The notes beneath the pieces were generated by a model that did no database searches, was not told the origin of the DNA, and saw nothing but the letters and a program-made list of their open reading frames with translations. Positions 56,770 to 64,000 of a stretch of DNA of 64,000 nt are shown here, piece after piece. The DNA is from an uncultured bacterium (GTDB lineage: Bacteria; Hydrogenedentota; Hydrogenedentia; Hydrogenedentales; CAILVY01): positions 139,100 through 203,099 of the forward strand of contig CALEDJ010000045.1 of assembly GCA_937951485.1 (NCBI GenBank), in the 5' to 3' direction. Numbering within the stretch: position 1 is the stretch's first letter; every line of letters begins with the position of its first letter. A program made the position numbers and the translations under genes.

Positions 56770-57978
56770 ATGATCGAGGCGGATACCCGCAAAAAGATTC
56801 TCGCACGGGGTCAAACGGAAGTGCCATGGCAGGGCGAGCCGCTGCTCGGCAGCATTTACGGGGAGGAGGAAATCGAGGCGGCCGTGGCGGCTATCCGCGA
56901 TTCCATGCCCGTGCACAAGGGTTTCGGCTTCACCTGTCAGCAAATCCTGGATTTCGAGGCGGCATTCGCCCGGTATGTGGGCGTGAAGCACGCCATTGCC
57001 GTCAACAGCGCGGGGCCGGGCCTCGATATGGCCATGCGTTATCTCCAACTCAAACCCGGAGACGAGGTCATTGTGCCCGCCATCAATTTCATGGCTGCGC
57101 CGCTGGCCGTGATGGGCGCGGGCGGGCAGGTGGTATGGGCCGAAGTGAATCCCGACACCCTGCAACTAGACCCGGAAGACGTGGAGCGCCGCATCACCCC
57201 GCGTACCCGCGCCATCTTCCCCGTGCATATGAACGGCCTCAGCGCCCCGATGGACCCGCTTCTGGAAGTCGCTGCGCGGCATCCCCATTCCGAACACGGT
57301 CCGATCCCTGTTATCGGCGATGCCGCCCGCGCCTGCGGCGGCGGCTATCGCGGCGAAAAGATCGGCAAGAAGGGGCTGTGCACCGTCTTCTCCTTCCATA
57401 CCATGAAGAACATGGTTACCCTCGGCGAAGGCGGCATGGTTACCACCGACGACGACGCCCTCGCCGCCTATTGCCGTTCCACCCGATTCTATGGCATCGC
57501 CACGGAGGATTGGGGCACTTCCAACGTCATGACCAAGGTGCAAGCCGCCGTCGGGCTGGTTCAACTGGCCAAACTGGACGGATTCATCGCGGCGCGCCGC
57601 CGCGTGGCGAAGCAGCGCGATGAAATGTTGGCCGGACTGGATGGCGTGGCGCTGCCCTGCGAGCCACCGGACTGTTACCATTCTTACTATCTGTACACCT
57701 GTCTGGTCTGCGATGCGTGGGCGGGTGACAAGCGGGACGCCATCATGCGGCGCATGGAAGAGGAATTCCATGTGAAATGCCTCGTCGCCAATCCCCCCGC
57801 CTACGAAAGCCGCCGGCTTCTCCGCGAGCACACGGCAGGCCGGCGCCTGCCGCGTTCAGAAAATATCGGACAGCGCATCATTTGCCTGCCCATCCATCCC
57901 GCCATGTCCGACGCCGACAACGAATACATCTGCGCCGCGTTTATCGCGTGCGTGGAGTCTTTCCGCGCCCATCGCTGA
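56770..57978 (+). CDS. DegT/DnrJ/EryC1/StrS-family PLP-dependent aminotransferase (paralog)
   Basis: ...FSFHTMKNMVTLGEGGMV... PLP-lysine region; GGAGGGA RBS before ATG 56770. Confidence 0.85.
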   Translation: MIEADTRKKILARGQTEVPWQGEPLLGSIYGEEEIEAAVAAIRDSMPVHKGFGFTCQQILDFEAAFARYVGVKHAIAVNSAGPGLDMAMRYLQLKPGDEVIVPAINFMAAPLAVMGAGGQVVWAEVNPDTLQLDPEDVERRITPRTRAIFPVHMNGLSAPMDPLLEVAARHPHSEHGPIPVIGDAARACGGGYRGEKIGKKGLCTVFSFHTMKNMVTLGEGGMVTTDDDALAAYCRSTRFYGIATEDWGTSNVMTKVQAAVGLVQLAKLDGFIAARRRVAKQRDEMLAGLDGVALPCEPPDCYHSYYLYTCLVCDAWAGDKRDAIMRRMEEEFHVKCLVANPPAYESRRLLREHTAGRRLPRSENIGQRIICLPIHPAMSDADNEYICAAFIACVESFRAHR

Positions 57979-58066
57979 CGCTGCATCTTGCCGCCGGGGT
58001 CAAGGGTAAAAAAAGAGCGGCGGCGAGGTGCGCCCCGCCGCCGATCCCTTGCCTCCGCAGAGTGGA

Positions 58067-58516
58067 TTATGAACCCGCCTGGCCAATCGGTGTGCTGTTC
58101 TCATCCGCGGCGGCACCCACGGCATAGCGAATCACGCCGCTGGCATCCAGGAAATACCCCTTGCTGCCGGTCTGGTTCATTGCCTCCGGGTCCGCGTTGA
58201 CCTGGAAATTCGAACCGTCTCCCGTCATGGTGAATACATATCCGGACTTCACCTGCCCTTCCCATTCGCCATCCAGGAAAGGCGGCGCGTCACCCACGGG
58301 GGTCGTCAACTCATCGAAAGTGGTGGCATATCGGTAATTCGCGGAATGGAAGGCGACCTGTGCGCCGTTAATCGTCCGCAGATTACCGATTGCCGCCGAT
58401 TCATTCGATTGCATGCGCGAACGCAGCAGGTTCGGTATCGCGATTGCCGCGATAATGGCGATGATCGCCACCACAATCATCAGTTCGATCAAGGTGAAAC
58501 CAGCGTTCTTCTTCAT
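58067..58516 (-). CDS. pilA: type IV pilin (prepilin N-terminal cleavage/methylation domain)
   Basis: MKKNAGFTLIELMIVVAIIAIIAAIAIPNLL class III signal (G-FTLIE); AGGAGG RBS. The ORF-track N-terminal extension is rejected. Confidence 0.8.
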   Translation of the reverse strand: MKKNAGFTLIELMIVVAIIAIIAAIAIPNLLRSRMQSNESAAIGNLRTINGAQVAFHSANYRYATTFDELTTPVGDAPPFLDGEWEGQVKSGYVFTMTGDGSNFQVNADPEAMNQTGSKGYFLDASGVIRYAVGAAADENSTPIGQAGS

Positions 58517-58606
58517 AGTCAATCCTCCTGTCGTCGTTCCCTTGTTTTCAGCGCACCGGCGCATGCCGGCCACGCCACACTTCGCTTCAACTTTCATCTC
58601 GCATAG

Positions 58607-58623
58607 TGCAACCTGCGTGCCAA
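58607..58623 (-). promoter_or_regulatory. sigma-54 promoter TGGCACG-N4-TTGCA upstream of the pilin gene
   Basis: The minus strand reads TTGGCACGCAGGTTGCA, about 85 nt upstream of the pilin ATG (58516). Confidence 0.75.
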
Positions 58624-58739
58624 GGCAGTTGCTTTCGAAAATCTCCAGAAATTCAATTAAATGTCCCTGTATTTGGCCTGTGTAGACCCTGGTCCGCCCC
58701 TTATCCTGCCCATTTTTGTCCATCATCGCTGTCCATAAA

Positions 58740-58754
58740 TGACATTTTTTGTCA
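58740..58754. promoter_or_regulatory. TGACA-N5-TGTCA palindrome within a TGTC-rich block; candidate PilR-type enhancer-binding-protein site
   Basis: TGACATTTTTTGTCA about 120 bp upstream of the sigma-54 promoter. Further TGTC motifs (ttgtcc, ctgtcc) lie immediately adjacent. Confidence 0.45.
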
Positions 58755-59172
58755 CAGCGACCTGTGTTTTTTCCCCGAATTGGGCCGTGGTGCGGGATGC
58801 CGAGAGGCCATTAATCTGAGGCATTTGAGAAATGATCCCGGCTTATCTCACGATAGATACGACTGTTGCCGGCGACATCGGCTTTCCGATCGTGAATTCC
58901 CCATGCCTGCTGTATTATTCGCCGGGCGAGGGATTATCGTGCTATGATCATGATGCCGGCAGGGTGGCGGGCGTTGCGTTTTTCGCCATATTTCAGCCAA
59001 GGGGGTCGGTATTCATTGCGGGAGAATCGGGCGATTGATGTATATGAAAACAAAGGGAACAGCGGAAAGGGTGAGACGGAGGGGAATGGCGGAATGCGCA
59101 GACTTCTGCCGTTCACCAATATATCGCACGTTTCGGCTGTTTCCGGAATACTCAAGGTAGCGGGCGGCGTAT

Positions 59173-61053
59173 ATGGCGGCACGGGATTTTGAGGTCATCA
59201 TCGTCGGGGCGGGTCATGCGGGCATCGAGGCCGCGCTGGCGTGTGCGCGCATGGGCCGGCGCGTGCTGATGTTCGCCATGCAGTTGGATACCATCGGCAA
59301 GATGTCGTGCAATCCCGCCATCGGAGGCGTGGCGAAGGGCCAGTTGGTGCGGGAAATTGACGCGCTGGGCGGCGAGATGGGCCGCTGCATTGACCGCACG
59401 GGCATCCAGTTCCGCATGCTGAACCGGTCCAAAGGCCCGGCGGTGCATTCCCCGCGGGCGCAGGCGGACCGGGTCGCGTACCAGCACGACATGAAGCGGG
59501 TCTGTGAAAATGAACCGAACCTGACGCTGAAGCAGGCGGAGGTGACGGATATTCTTGTGCATCAGGGGGCAGTGTGCGGCGTGCGGACCGCGCTGGGCGC
59601 GGAGTTCACGGCGCGCGCGGTGATCGTATGTACCGGCACCTTCCTGCGCGGGTTGCTGCATTTCGGCATGACCAGCGTGGAGGGCGGCCGCAGCGGCGAT
59701 CCGCCCGCGCGGGGGTTGACGGACGCCTTCCGGCGGCTGGGTTTCGAGGTGGGCCGCCTCAAGACCGGCACCTGTGCGCGGGTGCATCGGCGCAGCATCA
59801 ACACGGATGTATTGCAGGAACAGCCGGGCGACCCCGACCCGCGCCCCTTCTCGTTCAGTACGCCCATCGAGGGTTTCAATCCAAACCGGATTGTGTGCTG
59901 GATTACGTACACCAATGAGCGGACGCACGAGGTGATCCGGCGCAGCCTGGACCGGTCGCCGCTCTACAGCGGTCGCATCGAGGGGATCGGTACGCGGTAT
60001 TGTCCGAGCATCGAGGACAAGGTGGTGAAGTTCCCGGAGAAGAACCGGCACCACATTTTCCTGGAGCCGGAGGGCTTGAATACGCAGGAGGTGTATGTGA
60101 ACGGCATGTCCACCAGCCTGCCGGAAGATGTGCAATGGGCGATGCTGCGCACATTGCCGGGGCTTGAGGAGGTGGAAATCCTCCGGCCCGGCTACGCGGT
60201 GGAATATGACTTTGTGCCGCCGACGCAACTGAAGCCGTCGCTGGAAACCAAACGGGTGCGGGGATTGTTTCATGCGGGGCAGATCAACGGCACCTCGGGG
60301 TATGAAGAAGCGGCAGGCCAGGGGATTTATGCGGCGCTGAACGCCATGCGTTATCTCGACGGCGCGCCGCCGGTCTATATCGGGCGCAACGAGGCCTATC
60401 TCGGTGTCATGGTGGACGACATCGTTACGCGCGGTGTGATGGAGCCGTACCGGCTGTTCACCTCGCGCGCGGAATACCGCATCCATCTGCGGCACGACAA
60501 CGCCGACGCGCGGATCGCGAAGTACGGTTTTGGGAACGACGCGCTTCTGGAACGGGTGCGTCAACGCGAAGAAGCCGTGGCGCTGGAGATTGCGCGGCTG
60601 GAGGAAACGCTGATCCCGCCGTCGGAGGCGCTGAATGCGTTGCTGCGGACCCGCGGCCATGCGCCGGTGAACACCCCGGTGGCCGCGAACCAGTTGCTGC
60701 GACGGCCCGCGATCGGGCTGGAAGATGTCTGGCGCTTCGCGCCGCCGCCCCGGCATTTTGATTTGGAAACCTGCGAGCAGGTGGAAATCCGGGTGAAATA
60801 CCAGGGTTATCTTGACCGGCAGGAAAAGACCATCGAGAAATTCCGCCGCGCGGAGCGCGTGCCGATACCGGAAGACCTGGATTACGACGCCATTCCCGGG
60901 CTTCCGCGGGAGAGCCGGCAACGCCTCAAGGAAGTCCGCCCCGTCAATTTCGGGCAGGCGGCCAGAGTGCCCGGGGTGCGTTCCGCGGACATCGCGGTGC
61001 TGCATGTGTTTGTGGAAAAGCGGCGGCGAACGGCGCAGCGGGATTCCGCATGA
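59173..61053 (+). CDS. mnmG: tRNA uridine-5-carboxymethylaminomethyl(34) synthesis enzyme
   Basis: [31 protein letters not shown]-binding N-terminus and conserved GidA body. Confidence 0.95.
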   Translation: MAARDFEVIIVGAGHAGIEAALACARMGRRVLMFAMQLDTIGKMSCNPAIGGVAKGQLVREIDALGGEMGRCIDRTGIQFRMLNRSKGPAVHSPRAQADRVAYQHDMKRVCENEPNLTLKQAEVTDILVHQGAVCGVRTALGAEFTARAVIVCTGTFLRGLLHFGMTSVEGGRSGDPPARGLTDAFRRLGFEVGRLKTGTCARVHRRSINTDVLQEQPGDPDPRPFSFSTPIEGFNPNRIVCWITYTNERTHEVIRRSLDRSPLYSGRIEGIGTRYCPSIEDKVVKFPEKNRHHIFLEPEGLNTQEVYVNGMSTSLPEDVQWAMLRTLPGLEEVEILRPGYAVEYDFVPPTQLKPSLETKRVRGLFHAGQINGTSGYEEAAGQGIYAALNAMRYLDGAPPVYIGRNEAYLGVMVDDIVTRGVMEPYRLFTSRAEYRIHLRHDNADARIAKYGFGNDALLERVRQREEAVALEIARLEETLIPPSEALNALLRTRGHAPVNTPVAANQLLRRPAIGLEDVWRFAPPPRHFDLETCEQVEIRVKYQGYLDRQEKTIEKFRRAERVPIPEDLDYDAIPGLPRESRQRLKEVRPVNFGQAARVPGVRSADIAVLHVFVEKRRRTAQRDSA

Positions 61054-61151
61054 TGGGGATATCGGCACAGGCAACACGGACCGACACGGACTGACACCGG
61101 CAAACGCAGAGATTGAAAAGGCTTCGTTGAGCAAATAACCTTGGGAAGCAT

Positions 61152-63020
61152 ATGGGCGGCATGGTTTGGAAATTTTTCCTTACGGGAATGCTGGTCTGCT
61201 GGGTGGTGTGCGCAGCGGCGTCCGCGCAACCGGCCGACGGCTGGGTGACGGCGGCGGCCTATTCCGAGATGCACATCGTTGTGCCCGACGATGCGTCGGC
61301 AATTGTCCGGGAAGCGGGGGAATTGTTTCAGCGTTATTGGCAGGTATGCACGGGCCGCGAACTGAAGATAAGCGCTTTCAATGAAGGGCGAATCAATGTG
61401 TGGATTGGTCCCGATTTGATCGCGGGGGATTTGCTGGACGCCCCGGCGCTGGAGGGTCTGGGCGCGGAAGGCTGCCTGATTCAAACTTTCAGGCCCAGCC
61501 GCCGCCATGCCCGGTTGGGCGCGGCGAAACAACTGATTATCGCCGGCCAAACGGATGTGGGGACACGCAACGGGGTCTTCGAGTTTTTCAAGCGCTTTGC
61601 CGGCGTGCAGTGGCTGTGCGAAGGCGCGACGGCGCCCGAGCGATTGCGGTTCACGTTTCCGGAGATTGATTTCCGCCATGCGCCCCATTTCACATACCGG
61701 GAAGCAGGGCGCTATGGACCGCATGTGCTGCTGGATTCGGAATATCGGCGCGCGCATCACTTCCCGGATCATTACGCCCCCGGTCCTTTTGGCGTGGAGA
61801 CCCTGCACGACCTCCTGCCTCCGGAAATCCATTTTCAGCAGCACCCCGAATACTACGCGCTGATTGGCGGCACACGCGTGGCAAAGGACTCCGACGGTCG
61901 CCCTGCGCAATTGTGTTTCGGCAACCCGGATGTTGCCGATGCCATGATCAAGGTCATCGCCGAAATGGCCCGCGTGGACGAGAAGATGGCCGACCCCGGT
62001 CTTGTCGCCCGGCGCGACCGCGTCGCGCGCGCCCCGGACCGCAAGACATGGAGTATCGCGCCCATGGCGGGGGGGAAGTGCGAATGCGCGGCCTGCCGCG
62101 CACTGGAGGATGCTGAGGGGTCCCCGGCGGGGGCGCTGATTGCTCTGGTGAACCGCGTGGCTGAGGGACTGGAGGATGCCTTTCCCAGTGCGGGTTATCG
62201 GGTGCATACGCTGGTGCGGGGCGTGTGGCGCAAGCCGCCCGCGTCCATCCGCCCGCGCGAAAACGTGACGGTGCAGGTCAGCACTGCGGACTGTGATTTC
62301 CGCCGTCCGTTTTCCGACCGCACTTCCGCCGTCAATGCGTCTTTTGTTGATGACCTGCGGGGCTGGGCGGCCATTGCGCGCGCCCTGTACGTGTGGGATT
62401 ACGGCGCGAATTGCAGCCATCCGTTCGAACCCCATCCGAATCTGCACACAATGCAGGAAAACATACAGTTATATGATCAATATCAGGTGACCGGCGTCTA
62501 TATGGAACTTGCGGACGCACCCGGCGCGGAGTGGGCCGAACTCAACGCGTTGCGTTCATTCCTCTGTGCAGCGCTGCTCTGGGACCCCGATCTGTTCGTG
62601 GACGAACTTGCCGAGCGCTTTTTGGCGGCCTATTACGGCCCCGCCGCACGGCAGGTGCGGGCCTACATGGCGCTTTGCGAAGAAAAGGCATCCACCGTGC
62701 AACGCCTTGATCCCTTGTCGCCTGCGATATGGTTCGAGGCGGAAGCCGCCGCGTGGGCGGATGGGCTGTTTCAGGAGGCGCTGGCCTTGCGGCTGTCTGA
62801 TGATCAGCGCCGGCGCGTGATCATCGCGAGGCTGCCCGCATTATGGGTATTGGCTGGACGGCCGGAAAGCGAAGTGGCGGCCAAGGCCATGTCGGAAGCG
62901 GCGGAAAGATCCGCCGCCGATATTCTCCTGAACATTGCACCAGCGGATGCCCTGTCACGCTATGCCGCCGCATTGGCCCTCTATGGCGGGCATGTGCGCG
63001 CCGCAACGCCTGCCTCATAG
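61152..63020 (+). CDS. secreted hypothetical protein, possibly DUF4838 family
   Basis: 622 aa with a signal peptide (MVWKFFLTGMLVCWVVCAAASA). Family assignment from memory of the overall pattern only. Confidence 0.4.
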   Translation: MGGMVWKFFLTGMLVCWVVCAAASAQPADGWVTAAAYSEMHIVVPDDASAIVREAGELFQRYWQVCTGRELKISAFNEGRINVWIGPDLIAGDLLDAPALEGLGAEGCLIQTFRPSRRHARLGAAKQLIIAGQTDVGTRNGVFEFFKRFAGVQWLCEGATAPERLRFTFPEIDFRHAPHFTYREAGRYGPHVLLDSEYRRAHHFPDHYAPGPFGVETLHDLLPPEIHFQQHPEYYALIGGTRVAKDSDGRPAQLCFGNPDVADAMIKVIAEMARVDEKMADPGLVARRDRVARAPDRKTWSIAPMAGGKCECAACRALEDAEGSPAGALIALVNRVAEGLEDAFPSAGYRVHTLVRGVWRKPPASIRPRENVTVQVSTADCDFRRPFSDRTSAVNASFVDDLRGWAAIARALYVWDYGANCSHPFEPHPNLHTMQENIQLYDQYQVTGVYMELADAPGAEWAELNALRSFLCAALLWDPDLFVDELAERFLAAYYGPAARQVRAYMALCEEKASTVQRLDPLSPAIWFEAEAAAWADGLFQEALALRLSDDQRRRVIIARLPALWVLAGRPESEVAAKAMSEAAERSAADILLNIAPADALSRYAAALALYGGHVRAATPAS

Positions 63021-63140
63021 CAGGTCGTTCCCATTGGCGCTGAAGGCCTTTCTCCCGCCCCGCAAGTTTGTGGATCATGATAATCTCCGATTTAAGTGTT
63101 TTTTCAGAATGACAAAGTCGAGTAATGCGATGAATTGAAT

Positions 63141-63239
63141 GAGGCATTTGCGAAATGACTGTTTTTGCGTTTAAGAACACGAAATCTCTTCGATTTTTGA
63201 TGGAACTGAGGTCCGAAACGCCCATTTCGCAAATGCCTC
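63141..63239. repeat. 17-bp perfect inverted repeat (GAGGCATTTGCGAAATG ... CATTTCGCAAATGCCTC) separated by 65 bp in an AT-rich spacer
   Basis: Arms at 63141..63157 and 63223..63239. A near-identical copy of the arm (TGAGGCATTTGAGAAATGA) occurs at 58817..58835. Confidence 0.7.
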
Positions 63240-63484
63240 TGAATGAATAACTATTGACTTTTTCGCCATTATCGGATATGCTTGATATGGTGAATGGCAC
63301 CAGCAAGGGGAGTAGTACCAACAACGGAGGGGTCATAGCCGATCGGCGTAAAGGGGCGTCGGTAATTCGTATCAGTCAGAACGGATGAGTGAAGGGGTGT
63401 TGCTTTTGAAGGAGGAGGGGGCGCATTTGCCCATCGCCGTGACGAAGCGGGAGTGTGGCATCCTCGGTAAGATGAAAGGCGGGC

Positions 63485-64000
63485 ATGGAACAGGGGAATG
63501 AGACAGCGGTGAAAATGGGGCTTACAGGGGACCGAGTACCGGGTGATGAGTTGGAGAAAACCCTTCACGTCGGCCTGACGGCTTTCCTGGACCTCAATCC
63601 GAAGAGCACCAATGCCCAGCGCTACCGGACGGTGGTGCGCGGATGGGAGCGGGCGAAATACCTGATGCTGGACCGCCCGAACATCGTGGGGGGGTTGGCG
63701 TTCCGGACCAGACACCCGGCGGCGGTGCGCTTCATGCGGGAAGGGGTGGTATGGGGGTTCTACGCGCTGATCAACCAGTATCTGTCGGAACGGTCTGACC
63801 GGCTGATCTGGGTGTCCTGGCCGGATGAGGTGTCGCGCGTGCGCCTGCGGCGTCATGACCGGATTCGGATTTCCGCGCCATGTGAGATTTATCTCGAAAA
63901 CGGGGGCCCGTTTCGGGGGGTGGTTCAGGATTTGAGCGGCGGCGGTTGCTGCCTGAGAACCAACGTGGCGATGATTGTGTCCACGCGCTGCGAGGTGAGT
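63485..64000 (+). CDS. PilZ-domain protein (YcgR-like), 3' end beyond the window
   Basis: Open frame from ATG 63485 to the window end with no stop. RLRRHDRIRIS (RxxxR) and DLSGGGC (D/NxSxxG) c-di-GMP-binding PilZ motifs. Not in the ORF track because it is incomplete. Confidence 0.55.
   Translation, partial: MEQGNETAVKMGLTGDRVPGDELEKTLHVGLTAFLDLNPKSTNAQRYRTVVRGWERAKYLMLDRPNIVGGLAFRTRHPAAVRFMREGVVWGFYALINQYLSERSDRLIWVSWPDEVSRVRLRRHDRIRISAPCEIYLENGGPFRGVVQDLSGGGCCLRTNVAMIVSTRCEVS

Noticed and set aside
63269-63856. 195-aa minus-strand ORF
   Set aside because: It overlaps the plus-strand PilZ-domain frame, which carries RxxxR and DxSxxG motifs, and its product is low-complexity Arg/Pro/His-rich.

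Overview
This is a high-GC (~60-65%) bacterial chromosomal segment. Gene content (tungsten aldehyde:ferredoxin oxidoreductase, 2-hydroxyacyl-CoA-dehydratase-type enzyme with ATP-dependent activase, [FeFe]-hydrogenase-like sensor, sigma-54 promoters, type IV pilin) points to an anaerobe. Every call below was made by reading motifs by eye. No database search was run. Housekeeping genes are ppk, fumC, argS, argC-argJ-argB, exbB-exbD, an ECF sigma/anti-sigma pair, queD-queF and mnmG. They are interleaved with accessory loci. The accessory features, in window order, are: (1) a Nudix-MBL fusion protein and a Tat-signal protein of unknown function; (2) a degraded HepT/MntA toxin-antitoxin pair, next to a tungsten-type aldehyde:ferredoxin oxidoreductase; (3) a 1102-aa secreted FG-GAP beta-propeller-GH9 fusion; (4) 72/73-bp hairpin tandem repeats; (5) a sigma-54-driven DUF2892-thioredoxin-MMPL/RND exporter-LolA-like-beta-barrel OMP locus, with an intact HepT/MntA cassette inserted between its genes and flanked by hairpin repeats; (6) a secreted protein made of about eleven 24-aa tandem repeats; (7) a ClC channel plus PP2C phosphatase pair; (8) an unusual cluster of UroD-family protein + two 2-hydroxyacyl-CoA dehydratase-type subunits + HgdC-type activase + a minimal CpaF/VirB11-like ATPase; (9) a czcCBA-type heavy-metal RND efflux operon; (10) a KAP/ExeA-like membrane P-loop NTPase next to a PAS histidine kinase; (11) a sensory [FeFe]-hydrogenase-like domain fused to a histidine kinase; (12) a 12 x 7-bp tandem repeat in the divergent promoter region of that kinase and two DegT-family sugar aminotransferases; (13) a type IV pilin with a perfect sigma-54 promoter and a TGTC-type upstream palindrome; (14) a DUF4838-like secreted protein; and a partial PilZ protein at the window edge. 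No rRNA, tRNA or CRISPR array was found. Several palindromic dispersed repeat families (REP/MITE-like) occur in intergenic regions.
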